A stretch of 25,315 bases of DNA from Caldisericaceae bacterium (GCA_049967855.1 JBMFRX010000016.1:1-25315), one strand, 5' to 3'; positions 10,101 to 19,625 are shown, counted from the stretch's first letter. The notes: generated from the letters alone by a model not told the origin. Translations and numbers: made by a program.

Positions 10101-11309
10101 CTAAAAATATTTCCAGGGAATTGCGATTACATCCTTCGCTATTCTCACAATGCTATCTCCAGCGTAAATCACAACACCTGCAACCATTTGAGGAAGATAC
10201 TCTTTCAGTGCTATCAAACCTCTTGCATCATTGAAACTCACTTTATCGTTCATCTTAACCTCTATGCCGATTGCCTTATTTCCAAGCTCTGCGATGAAAT
10301 CTACTTCAATATCCCCTATCCTCTTTCTGAAAAAGCTTAAATTGGTATGAAAAACCTCTGAAAAACTGAGGAGGTACAAAAGAATCATACTCTCAAATAA
10401 ATGGCCAAGAAATTTATCACTTAAAGCCGAACTTTCTCTTGCCCCCGCAAGAAATGCCGCAAGTCCTGAATCAACATAATAGCCTTTCGGAGTTTTCGTG
10501 ACTGATTTTGACTTATTAGCAGTATGAGGCCTCAACCTCGTGAAAAGCAGCGATTCTTCGAGCAAGTTTATGTACCTATACACGGTTGGTTGGCTTATGC
10601 CTGTATCATTGGATATACCAGTTTGGTCGACTAGCGAACCTGTCCTTAGTGCAAGGAGTTCCATAACTTTCTTGAAGTCGGGCAGCGATGAGATATTTGA
10701 CAAATCCCTCAAATCCCTCTCAAGATAAGTTCGTACATAGCTCTCCCACCACAAGACAGTTTTCTCATCCGAACTGATTTCAAAAAGCTTCGGCATAAAA
10801 CCTCTGAAAAGCAATTTTTCAAGGTCGCAAGAATTTCCAAGAACTTGCTCGGCAGGAAAAGTTCCGTCAAACATTTTTATAAACCAAAATGGCAAAGGTC
10901 TCTCTTCCCATTCGGATAACGCAAAGGGATATAAAGTATTGTAAGTAGCCCTTCCTGCAAGACTCTCAGAAACGCTTTTCATAAGTAGAAGGTTTGCAGA
11001 CCCAGACAAAACAAATTTTGCATTCGCATTGTCATCAACAGTTTTTTTAATGGCAACCATCACAGCAGGAGATTTCTGAGCTTCATCTATTATGACCTTC
11101 CCAGAACTCAATATAATCTCAAATGGATCCTTGTTAATCTGAGCTAGCACGTCAAAGTCATCAAGAGTAAAGTACTTGTAGTCCTTGAAAATAGATTCAT
11201 TCTTGAGAAGGGTGGTTTTGCCTGTCTGCCTTGCTCCAGTGAGGATAAGAACATTTGCGACATCAAGTGAATCCTTCAATCTGTGTACAACCCATCTCTT
11301 CTTATACAT
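10101..11309 (-). CDS. AAA_14 ATPase with DUF4143 and a C-terminal PD-(D/E)XK-like domain
   Basis: GARQTGKTT, IIDEAQ, LSGS, ESLAGR, YLERDL, PKGYYVDSG and EVDFI...IEVK motifs. Confidence 0.9.
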   Translation of the reverse strand: MYKKRWVVHRLKDSLDVANVLILTGARQTGKTTLLKNESIFKDYKYFTLDDFDVLAQINKDPFEIILSSGKVIIDEAQKSPAVMVAIKKTVDDNANAKFVLSGSANLLLMKSVSESLAGRATYNTLYPFALSEWEERPLPFWFIKMFDGTFPAEQVLGNSCDLEKLLFRGFMPKLFEISSDEKTVLWWESYVRTYLERDLRDLSNISSLPDFKKVMELLALRTGSLVDQTGISNDTGISQPTVYRYINLLEESLLFTRLRPHTANKSKSVTKTPKGYYVDSGLAAFLAGARESSALSDKFLGHLFESMILLYLLSFSEVFHTNLSFFRKRIGDIEVDFIAELGNKAIGIEVKMNDKVSFNDARGLIALKEYLPQMVAGVVIYAGDSIVRIAKDVIAIPWKYF

Positions 11310-11322
11310 ATTTTTCTCCTAC

Positions 11323-11357
11323 TGAATAAAGTTTATTCACTACGTGAATAAATTATA
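11323..11357 (-). promoter_or_regulatory. -10 box followed by three TGAATAAA half-sites (putative operator or leader hairpin)
   Basis: tgaataaa-g-tttattca-ctacg-tgaataaa at 11323-11352, overlapping TGTGTATAAT on the - strand. Confidence 0.5.
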
Positions 11358-11446
11358 CACACATTATCAAAAATCCAAAATGCATTATTGGATACGGGAC
11401 TTGCTCTTCAGGCGTCAAGACACGTCAAGAGATAACAAAGAGGGTG

Positions 11447-11500
11447 GAATGACTCCTGTGCTCCTGTCATCCCGAAAAGTCTTTCTGAGGGATCTCCGCC
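11447..11500. repeat. REP-like type A copy
   Basis: 11461-11500 matches 10040-10079 at 38 of 40 nt; both copies are preceded by ggaatgac. Confidence 0.8.
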
Positions 11501-11584
11501 GTTTGTGCCCCGCAGCCCCCTTACTTTCCCTCGGAATTTACTACACACCAGTGCCTGGCACGGATGTGTAGTAAGAGGGTGGAG

Positions 11585-12016
11585 TTACTTTATTATCTCG
11601 TACTCGGATGTAATTTCCGCAGCTTTTGAGAGCATTGCCTGTGCAGAGCAATATTTTGTTTTGGAAAGTTCTATTGCAGTTTGGAATTTATCCTCTGGCA
11701 CGTCACCCCAAACCATATACTTAAGGTGTATCTTTGTGTAGACTTTAGGATGCTCTGTGGCCTTCTCTGCCGTTACGATAAGTTTGAAATCACGGTAGCT
11801 AACCTTCATCTTATCAAGAATGGAAATAACATCCTGCGAAGTGCACCCCGCAAGCCCCATAAGCAGCAATTCCATAGGCCTTGGTCCTGCGTTGTGCCCT
11901 CCAAAACCTTCAGGCCCGTCCATCACGACCCAGTTGTTGGAATTAGACCTTGCTATTACAGTAAGGCCATATGCCTGCTTTAACTCAACAGTTGTTAAAT
12001 TTTTTTCTTCTGCCAT
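11585..12016 (-). CDS. OsmC/YhfA family protein
   Basis: GPRPMELLLMGLAGC and KYCSA motifs; SD GGAGG before ATG 12016. Confidence 0.9.
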   Translation of the reverse strand: MAEEKNLTTVELKQAYGLTVIARSNSNNWVVMDGPEGFGGHNAGPRPMELLLMGLAGCTSQDVISILDKMKVSYRDFKLIVTAEKATEHPKVYTKIHLKYMVWGDVPEDKFQTAIELSKTKYCSAQAMLSKAAEITSEYEIIK

Positions 12017-12440
12017 TTTTGTTTGCCTCCCTAACAATTTGGTATAATTATAACATAGGTTCTGCTGTTTGCAATGTTTACACTTTCTCTCACGCAACCA
12101 AAAGCTCCACTGCGCATTTATTCAATCCAAAGAGTGTTTTAAGGGCACGTTCCACAAATCCCACGATATCTGGTATAATTTAAGAAGACCTATTGGCTGA
12201 GCTAAATTTTCCGCAAACTGCAGTTTTTTCGCAATGTGTAGTTTTTTCGGGAAGCTGCAAGCACAGAATAATTAGCCTCAATAATTTTTAGGTTAGCTAT
12301 GAGAAACTTTGACAGATGTTGATATGGGGAAACACAGAGTGACTTCCGTTTCTGCACGAGAAGTAGCCATATTATAGTGAAGCCTGCAGTGAATTGATTA
12401 AAAGAATAGCATTGCTGCAAAGCAAAGGAGATTTATTGAA

Positions 12441-12968
12441 ATGAATTACAGAATCAGAAAGTTAGTTTGGGCTGGAGTCTTTTTGGCATTAGGCATTGTG
12501 GTGCCTTCAATTTTTCACCTTACCTTTGGAGCAATAGCAGGCAAAATATTTCTGCCGATGCCTTTTGTAGTGCTGCTCGCAAGCCTCGTACTGGGACCGT
12601 TTTACGGCTTAATCTTAGGATGCATAACTCCTCTTATAAGCTCTTCAATCACAGGGATGCCAGCGTTTGCAATTCTGCCATTTATGACCTTTGAACTTGC
12701 TTCATATGGATTTCTTGCAGGATTTTTCCAGAACACGCTTAGAATCAATACTTTAATATCACTTACTCTCTCAATGGTTTTGGGGAGGGTGCTTCTTGGT
12801 TTGTTCGTAAGCCTCGTGGGACATCAGCTGGGGCTCACCGTAGGAGCGGTAAGTTACGTGCTGACGGCTTTTACGACTGGGTTTCCAGGCATCCTGCTGC
12901 AGGTGATTCTCATTCCACTGATTGTAAACAGGCTGAAAGCGGCAAATTATCTTAAATTTAATCAATAG
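12441..12968 (+). CDS. ECF transporter S component (substrate unknown)
   Basis: Hydrophobic 175-aa protein with FLPM..VLL, GP.YG, PLIS..ITGMP and PGILLQ motifs; SD AAGGAG. Confidence 0.8.
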   Translation: MNYRIRKLVWAGVFLALGIVVPSIFHLTFGAIAGKIFLPMPFVVLLASLVLGPFYGLILGCITPLISSSITGMPAFAILPFMTFELASYGFLAGFFQNTLRINTLISLTLSMVLGRVLLGLFVSLVGHQLGLTVGAVSYVLTAFTTGFPGILLQVILIPLIVNRLKAANYLKFNQ

Positions 12969-13111
12969 CACCAATTCGTTAAGCAAAGCAAATTTAGTTT
13001 CCTGTAGCGCTTCTCAAATTTACAGGCCTGCTATAATAAGAAGTCACATTAGCCTTTCATTGCGTTTCTATAAATCCTATTTTGTGTTAGAATTAATTGG
13101 AGGTGGTTTAA

Positions 13112-13867
13112 ATGTTCTATTTAGTGCCGATTGGTTTGGTCGTGCTGGTTTTGATTGGGCTGAGCATACGCATTGTCCAGCAATGGCAAAGAGGAGTAGT
13201 TTTCTTTCTTGGAAAATACAGGAGAGAGCTTTCGCCTGGATTTAACCTCATTATCCCGATTTTTGAATACGCTCGTTATGTCGACGTGCGCACACGCACA
13301 ATGGACGTTGTTCCCCAGGAAGTTATGACAAAAGATTCTGTTCCTGTCAAGATAGACGCCGTGGTTTACTACAAGGTTTTTGACGCAATGAAGTCTATAG
13401 TTCAAGTTGAGAATTTTATGTCTGCCTCGACGCTTCTTGCTCAATCCAAACTGAGAGATGTTGTTGGCAAATACGACCTCGATACTCTACTTGCAAGCAA
13501 AGACAAAATCGGTAAAGAAATCCTTGAAATACTGCAGGGGCCTACCGATGATTGGGGCATAACAATCGTAAGTGTCGAAATCAAGAATATAGAGCTCCCA
13601 GACAATATGAAACGTGCAATGGCAAAGGAAGCCGAGGCAATCCGAGAAAAAAGAGCCCGTCAGATAAAAGCCTCCGCAGAAGAGGATGCAAGTGCCTCTT
13701 TCCTTGCAGCGGCAAAAACAATGGAAGATGCGCCTGATGCAATGCTTTTGAGGCAACTTCAAACGTGGCAGGAAATCGGTGCCGAGCAAAACAGCCTGAT
13801 AATCCTCGTCCCCACAGAATTTGCAAACATACTTGGAAATACAAAGCCAAAGAAAGACAACACATAA
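13112..13867 (+). CDS. SPFH/stomatin (slipin) family membrane protein
   Basis: N-terminal TM, PGFNLIIP, QEVMTKDSV, DAVVYY, WGI..VEIK and RAMAKEAEA motifs. Confidence 0.92.
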   Translation: MFYLVPIGLVVLVLIGLSIRIVQQWQRGVVFFLGKYRRELSPGFNLIIPIFEYARYVDVRTRTMDVVPQEVMTKDSVPVKIDAVVYYKVFDAMKSIVQVENFMSASTLLAQSKLRDVVGKYDLDTLLASKDKIGKEILEILQGPTDDWGITIVSVEIKNIELPDNMKRAMAKEAEAIREKRARQIKASAEEDASASFLAAAKTMEDAPDAMLLRQLQTWQEIGAEQNSLIILVPTEFANILGNTKPKKDNT

Positions 13868-13893
13868 AAAAATGGCAGGGTCTACACCCTGCC
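13866..13893 (-). terminator. Intrinsic terminator between the convergent SPFH and PLP-enzyme genes
   Basis: ggcaggg-tctaca-ccctgcc, with an A run at 13866-13872 (T run on -). Confidence 0.7.
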
Positions 13894-13915
13894 CCAAAAT
13901 TAATCAAACAATCCT

Positions 13916-15397
13916 CTACTTATAATTCTTCAAAAGCCCCACTTCGTCATTAAACTCGTTGATAAGCTCATCCCATTCTTTGTATGACTCAAAGCGCTCT
14001 GTCCAATAATTATCATCATACCACTGCGCATTGAGCTCTTCGAGCGTTTTCCCTTGCTGCTCTATCCAGGTGAAATATTTCAGATTGTGCATGCGGCGCT
14101 TGTCGTAGTAGTTCATTTCAACAATCCAATCGGTTGTCGTGGCCATAAGATATCTTTCGAAATCCTTGTAAGCCTCAACTTCGGTGTACTCGCCATAGGA
14201 ATCTCTGAGTTCGGCAAGTCTTGATTGATAAAGCTCCATAGAGTCTGTTGCGACGGTAAATATGAAGTCATTTTCGGTCATTTCGTAGTATTTTGCCATC
14301 TTTATCGCACCTAAAATGTTTGCGACAGATGAAATTCCAAGGAGTTCGAGTTTGCTGATGAATTCCTTATCCTTCAGAATGCTCTTGAGCACTTCCTGGC
14401 CTGCTGGTTCATTGAATAACCTGATTAAACGCATCGTTGCCTCGTCGTCTATTGCAATTGCCAAGTCAAGATTTTTAACATCCATTACCCAGGGCACGTG
14501 CTTGTCACCGATTCCTTCAATTCTGTGTCCGCCGTATCCGTTGTAGAGAAGTGTTGGGCATTGCAGTGCCTCTCCTGCAGCAATCTTCATTCGTGGGAAT
14601 TTGGTTCTCAGATAATTGCCACTTCCAAGAGTCCCTGCAGAACCTTGAGTGAGGAACAAACCAGCAAATCTATCATTCTCACCTTTGTTGAGATTGAAAA
14701 CTTCCTCCATAGCAGTGCCCGTAATCGCATAGTGCCAGATAGGGTTGCCAAATTCCTCAAACTGGTTGAGCACCACAACCTCTTCAGGATATTTAGCTTT
14801 GAGTTCTTTTGTCTTGTCGAAAACTTCTTTCACGTTGCTCTCAACTCCAGGAGTTGCATAAACTTCCGAGCCGATGCTCTTGAGCCAATCAAACCGTTCT
14901 CTCGACATCCCTTCAGGGAGCACGGCAATTGCCTTGCATCCAAGCAGAGCAGAATCATATGCTCCTCCCCTGCAGTAATTGCCCGTAGATGGCCAGAGAG
15001 CCTTTTGTGTTGTAGGGTCAAATGCTCCGCGAACAAGCTTTTCCACAAGCGGCCCGAATGTTGCTCCGACCTTGTGTGAGCCAGTGGGGAAAAACTTCCC
15101 GATAAGCACAAATATTCTTGCCTTAACTCCTGTAAGTTCATGAGGAACCTCAATATAGTTTACGCCATCAAAACCGCCTCCAAACTTTGTAGGCTCATTT
15201 TTCCAGGTAATCCTGAAAAGGTTTCGAGGGTGCAAATCCCAGAGTCCAATGCCTTTGAGTTCGTCCTTAATTTTCCCAGGCACTTTCGAGTCGGGGTCAC
15301 GCATTTCACTATACGTGGGGATGATGATATTGTTTTCACGCGCCCTTTGAATTGTCTTGTCTCTTACTGCCTTGTTGATTGTGTTACTTCCTTTCAT
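13916..15397 (-). CDS. Fold-type II PLP-dependent enzyme (cysteine synthase/TrpB-like, long form)
   Basis: PTGSHKVG (PLP lysine), PSTGNY, NQF, GSAGT and HRIEGIG motifs. Confidence 0.85.
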   Translation of the reverse strand: MKGSNTINKAVRDKTIQRARENNIIIPTYSEMRDPDSKVPGKIKDELKGIGLWDLHPRNLFRITWKNEPTKFGGGFDGVNYIEVPHELTGVKARIFVLIGKFFPTGSHKVGATFGPLVEKLVRGAFDPTTQKALWPSTGNYCRGGAYDSALLGCKAIAVLPEGMSRERFDWLKSIGSEVYATPGVESNVKEVFDKTKELKAKYPEEVVVLNQFEEFGNPIWHYAITGTAMEEVFNLNKGENDRFAGLFLTQGSAGTLGSGNYLRTKFPRMKIAAGEALQCPTLLYNGYGGHRIEGIGDKHVPWVMDVKNLDLAIAIDDEATMRLIRLFNEPAGQEVLKSILKDKEFISKLELLGISSVANILGAIKMAKYYEMTENDFIFTVATDSMELYQSRLAELRDSYGEYTEVEAYKDFERYLMATTTDWIVEMNYYDKRRMHNLKYFTWIEQQGKTLEELNAQWYDDNYWTERFESYKEWDELINEFNDEVGLLKNYK

Positions 15398-15421
15398 ATT
15401 TTCCTCCTAAATAGTCTATTG

Positions 15422-16246
15422 CTAAAACAAATCACTCAGTTTGCAAAGCCTTATTTTCTTCTTGTTCCTGAAAGCCACAACATCAAAATCGTAAACCGAA
15501 AGGGCATTTTCCACCGACTCCTCAAGATACGCTCCAAAGTCTTTCACGTTATGCGCATCAGAGCCAATTGCAAGTTCCGTGCCGCCCGCATTTCTGTACA
15601 TTGCAAGAATGTCGTTTGAGGGATATTGCTCATCAACTCCCTGCCTGAAGCCAGAGCTATTAATCTCGATTACTTTGCCATTGCTTACAACGTGCCTTAG
15701 GACCTCCATAATGATACCCTCGTATCTTTTGGCAAAGAAAGGTCCATAGAATCGAATGCCATATCTTTTTATAACATCCAGATGCCCGAGTATCTCAAAA
15801 AAATCCATTTGCGCCATCTTGAGCAGTTCTTCAAAATAAATGTTGTACGCCGTTTTCTCATCCTTGCCTTCAAAATATCCTGTGCCTTTTGGCCCAGAAA
15901 TCGTGAATCCTTCAAGCCTGTGCACTGAACCAATAACATAGTCATAAGGCTTATCACGCAGGGCAGCCCTCACGCTTTCCTCAAGAGCCGACTGATAAGT
16001 CAGTTCGGTTGCAAACAGAAAGTTGAGCCTGTCACCGTACTTCTCATTCAACTCAAGATAGCATTCACGGGCTTCATCGTATTTGTAGTACCCAAAATCC
16101 TTGTCTACAGGGTCAAGGTCAATATGCTCTGAAAACCCAAGATATTCTATGCCTCTTTCGATTGCAACAGGGAGATATTTCTCAGGCTCCTCTTTTGAAT
16201 CCTTGGAGAATTTCGAGTGAATGTGCAAATCTTCAATAATTTTCAT
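15422..16246 (-). CDS. PHP-domain histidinol-phosphatase (HisJ/HisK family)
   Basis: DLHIHS, SEH, IGSVH, GHLD, IEINSSG and GSDAH motifs. Confidence 0.85.
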   Translation of the reverse strand: MKIIEDLHIHSKFSKDSKEEPEKYLPVAIERGIEYLGFSEHIDLDPVDKDFGYYKYDEARECYLELNEKYGDRLNFLFATELTYQSALEESVRAALRDKPYDYVIGSVHRLEGFTISGPKGTGYFEGKDEKTAYNIYFEELLKMAQMDFFEILGHLDVIKRYGIRFYGPFFAKRYEGIIMEVLRHVVSNGKVIEINSSGFRQGVDEQYPSNDILAMYRNAGGTELAIGSDAHNVKDFGAYLEESVENALSVYDFDVVAFRNKKKIRLCKLSDLF

Positions 16247-16289
16247 AAAGACATTTTAATGAATTATCGCTAAAAACGCAAACCTACAA

Positions 16290-17300
16290 TTAATTGCTTG
16301 TTTTCTGCTCGCCAAGCAGCCTGAAAAAGAAGAATGCCCCCACGATTGTTGGGAAATAAAACGATGCAATTCGATACAGGAGAGTAAGAACTGGCGTGTA
16401 ACCCTGAGCAAGCGGATAGAAAAACCCCGCAAAAGCACTTTCGATAATTCCAATTCCTCCTGGAGTAATGCCAACGCTTGCCGTAAATTGCATAGCAACC
16501 TGTGTGAGAAAAACCTCGTAAAAATTGAACTTTAGCCCAAGCGCTGCGAAAGATAAAGGCACAAGGAGAATCGAGAGAAACTGCGAGACAAACGACAGCA
16601 CAATCACCACAAGAAGCAGAAACTTGTTGCGCGAAATAAAATACCTCAAAGCATAGTCAAACTGGTCTATGAATTGCATTGCCTTTTCCTGTTGCGTTTG
16701 GTTCCTGTGGAACAATCTCCCAATCATCGCTACAAGCTTTTTAGATTTATCAGGGAAAAACATCAGAAAAAGCGCAAACAGGGAAACAAAGATAACAAAG
16801 CTAATGAGCCCAAGATAAAAATCACCCCTTACTCCTGTTACGAAGGTGTGCGGAGACAGAATAAATATAAGGCAGAACATAATCGCAACTATCAGCGTAA
16901 GAATGAGATAAACACTGCTTATAACTGCCGATATGCCAACATTGCCGCCAAATTTCGACAGGAAATAAACCTGGGAAACCACCAAACCAGAATAGTAAGG
17001 CGTTATGTTTGACGCAAATATCGAAGCAAGGACTATTTCGAAACTCTTTTCTCTTGCAATTCTGTATCCAGTAAGATATGCAATCAGGCTGAACTTTGCA
17101 GCATTGACAAACCAAAGCAGCAAAACACACCCAAGCAGAAACAGAATTCCCCTCACACTCAATGAAACATTAACCGAGGCTTTTGCTTTGCTCTGAAAGA
17201 TGAGAATAGCCAGTATCGCAACCGTGACTAACGCAAAGAGGAGCACCTCAATGATGCGCTTCCTGAAATTGGAGATGCCACCCTTCGCTGTATCTTTCAT
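16290..17300 (-). CDS. LPG_synthase_TM (MprF flippase-like, UPF0104) membrane protein
   Basis: Multiple TM segments; FASNITP, TPGGIGIIE and LLYRIASFY motifs. The start is either 17300 (ATG) or 17303. Confidence 0.8.
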   Translation of the reverse strand: MKDTAKGGISNFRKRIIEVLLFALVTVAILAILIFQSKAKASVNVSLSVRGILFLLGCVLLLWFVNAAKFSLIAYLTGYRIAREKSFEIVLASIFASNITPYYSGLVVSQVYFLSKFGGNVGISAVISSVYLILTLIVAIMFCLIFILSPHTFVTGVRGDFYLGLISFVIFVSLFALFLMFFPDKSKKLVAMIGRLFHRNQTQQEKAMQFIDQFDYALRYFISRNKFLLLVVIVLSFVSQFLSILLVPLSFAALGLKFNFYEVFLTQVAMQFTASVGITPGGIGIIESAFAGFFYPLAQGYTPVLTLLYRIASFYFPTIVGAFFFFRLLGEQKTSN

Positions 17301-17307
17301 CAAAAAA

Positions 17308-18771
17308 CTACTCTTCTATCTCATCGGAAACATAGAATTGCTCAATACTTCCGCCAGACTCTTTGAGGATTTTCTCTTTCTTTTCCTTGTATTCCTTTGA
17401 CTTTCTTGCAAGCTCAGGATAATCCTTCTCAAAGACAGGACGGGAAAGCTCTTCCCACTCCTGTGAAAGCTTGTCAAGGTGCTTACCAACATCTTTTGAG
17501 AGATTTTCAAGGGTCCCGTCGGTGCTGCGGACTCCTTCCATTGCACCAATCTTCCTCATCACATCAGGGTGGTCAACAATCATACACGGAGAAAGAAGGT
17601 TGTCGCTGTAGGGCTGAAGTTTCTGTATTTCTCTGAAGAATGGAAGTTTGAGAGCTTCTTTTAAGGACATATCGTTTATGTTTCCCTGGGCAAGGTGGAT
17701 AAAGGCACACGGTTCAATACCTCCGTCTGCCGTTATGTGAAGATACCTTCTCCCTCCAGCAAGGCATCCTCCAGTAAAGGGGCCATCGTTCCAGAAATCC
17801 GCCGCAAAGAGAGGTTTATTATCCCTTATGTAGTGAATCTTTTTGTAAGAGAACATCCTCTGTTCTGGCGTAAGCATAAGATTGATGTCTGGGTCTCTGC
17901 CTGTGGGAATATACTGGAAGTACCAGGCAATCTTTGCTCCTTTTCCCACCATAAAATCAACAAATTCGTCGCTCATAACTTCTTCTATATTGTTTCTTGT
18001 TTCGGTGACAGAATACCCAAAGAGGACGCCTGCCTTCTTGAGATTGTCCATCGCAAGCATTACCTTGTTCCAAGCACCCTTGCCTCGCCTCCAGTCAGTT
18101 TTCTCTTCAAAGCCTTCCACGCTTATGCAGGGCACGGCGTTTCCAACTTCTTTCAGCTTCTGAGCATACTCCTCATTAATCATAGAGCCATTGGTGTAGA
18201 ACATAAAAGCCATATCGTCGTGCTTCTTGAAAATTTCAAAGAGATGTGGATAAAGCGTAGGCTCGCCGCCTGAAACAACTATAAAATAGATTCCAAGCTC
18301 TTTTGCTTCCTTGAGGATTCTGTCGAACGTTTCAAAGCTCATCTGCTTGTATTGCTTGTATGAACCTGCCCAGCATCCTATGCAATTGTAGTTGCAATTC
18401 TCAGTTGGGTCAATCAGGAGAAAGTACGGTACGTTAAATTCACCCTTCTTTGTAATTGAATAAGCCTTTGCCCCGCCATACCATCCGCTATTCACGACAA
18501 AGTTCCTTGCAAGCTTCTGGGCAGATTTCGCATCGGTATCTTTAAAAATATTTATAAAAAGCTGCTTCCATGCAGAATCGTTATCAAATGAATCTTTCAG
18601 GCTCTTAAGCTGATTCTTGTACACAGGAAGAAAGTGGAGAGTATTGCTTATAGCATAAGCCCTATCGACAGCTCTGGCTATCCTCTTTTCGGGATCTACT
18701 TGAAGATAGCTCACTATCCCGTCAACAGTTTTCGTAAGGACAGCCTTCTTAATATTAGCCCCGATGCTCAT
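17308..18771 (-). CDS. Radical SAM protein with a SPASM/twitch-like C-terminal domain
   Basis: CNYNCIGC (CxxxCxxC), SGGEP, YTNG, GCLAGG...EPCAF and PCMIVD motifs; SD AGGAGG. Confidence 0.92.
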   Translation of the reverse strand: MSIGANIKKAVLTKTVDGIVSYLQVDPEKRIARAVDRAYAISNTLHFLPVYKNQLKSLKDSFDNDSAWKQLFINIFKDTDAKSAQKLARNFVVNSGWYGGAKAYSITKKGEFNVPYFLLIDPTENCNYNCIGCWAGSYKQYKQMSFETFDRILKEAKELGIYFIVVSGGEPTLYPHLFEIFKKHDDMAFMFYTNGSMINEEYAQKLKEVGNAVPCISVEGFEEKTDWRRGKGAWNKVMLAMDNLKKAGVLFGYSVTETRNNIEEVMSDEFVDFMVGKGAKIAWYFQYIPTGRDPDINLMLTPEQRMFSYKKIHYIRDNKPLFAADFWNDGPFTGGCLAGGRRYLHITADGGIEPCAFIHLAQGNINDMSLKEALKLPFFREIQKLQPYSDNLLSPCMIVDHPDVMRKIGAMEGVRSTDGTLENLSKDVGKHLDKLSQEWEELSRPVFEKDYPELARKSKEYKEKKEKILKESGGSIEQFYVSDEIEE

Positions 18772-18795
18772 AACATCGCCTCCTTTTGATGATAT

Positions 18796-19503
18796 TTACA
18801 GAATGCTTCCCAGGAACCCCAGAACTCTCCTCTGAGAACTTGCTGGAACCAGCTGAATATTCTCTCTAAATTTACGTTTAAGTTCGTTGAACTTTTCAAG
18901 ACTTGCAGAGCTAATCTTGAATCGCAAAATATTCGCCTCATCTTCAACCAGAGAGAACATCAACTCTCCGACGAAAGAAAGCATTGCAGCAGGGTAAATT
19001 CCAAGCGATAGCGTTTTCTTTAGGTCGATAAGCCCATCGATATTGTATAACTTGGAGAAAAGCACAAAAAGAGACACCGTATACAGAATGACGACCAGCG
19101 AGCTTTTCTCATTGTCCACTTTGTTCGAAACAAATCCAATCGCATGCTCAAGGCTAAAGTCCTCATATTTCTTGAACTGGTCCTTAAACCACACTCTTAT
19201 GAAGTGCAGTGTGCCATCTGGTTCCACGGCGGCAAGATGTTCTATTGCAGAGTCCTTAGGAACAAACAAAACCTCCGAACGGCCAGGTCCAGGATTCAAT
19301 TTGTATTCGAGCTTCAAGAAACCCTTTCTGTTCAGCTCCTGAATAATATCATAAGCCGTCCATTTGCTTACGCCCATTACATACGCCACATCCTTGTATG
19401 AAACAGGTTTACGGTCTTTCTCGTAAATACCAACAAGCGCCTCCAGGAATTCCTTCTGACGCCTTGTAAGCCTTACAAAAACTTCTTCATCATTATAAGG
19501 CAT
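18796..19503 (-). CDS. Winged-HTH transcriptional regulator (LexA/HrcA-like N-terminus)
   Basis: LTRRQKEFL...VSYKDVAYVMGVSKWTAYDIIQELNRKGFL HTH; SD GGAGG. Confidence 0.75.
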   Translation of the reverse strand: MPYNDEEVFVRLTRRQKEFLEALVGIYEKDRKPVSYKDVAYVMGVSKWTAYDIIQELNRKGFLKLEYKLNPGPGRSEVLFVPKDSAIEHLAAVEPDGTLHFIRVWFKDQFKKYEDFSLEHAIGFVSNKVDNEKSSLVVILYTVSLFVLFSKLYNIDGLIDLKKTLSLGIYPAAMLSFVGELMFSLVEDEANILRFKISSASLEKFNELKRKFRENIQLVPASSQRRVLGFLGSIL

Positions 19504-19556
19504 TTTTTATTACCTCCCAGTATTTTTAAAAATACCACAAAAATCCAATTTTTTAT

Positions 19557-19584
19557 ATTATATGCTGTTTATAAATTCTGTCAA
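19557..19584 (-). promoter_or_regulatory. Sigma70-type promoter of the wHTH-radical SAM-flippase operon
   Basis: TTGACA (19584-19579), 16-nt spacer, TATAAT (19562-19557). Confidence 0.7.
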
Positions 19585-19625
19585 GTTAATTGTTACATTT
19601 CCAAATTAAGACGCGTGCCTCCTTG

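Noticed and set aside
12060..12440. Possible riboswitch or small gene upstream of the ECF S component
   Set aside because: I could not recognise any TPP, FMN, SAM, cobalamin or T-box consensus or a credible ORF. The region remains unexplained, and an Rfam scan would settle it.
14498..18273. Long + strand ORFs (193, 159 and 192 aa)
   Set aside because: They are antisense shadows of well-supported minus-strand genes and have no recognisable motifs.
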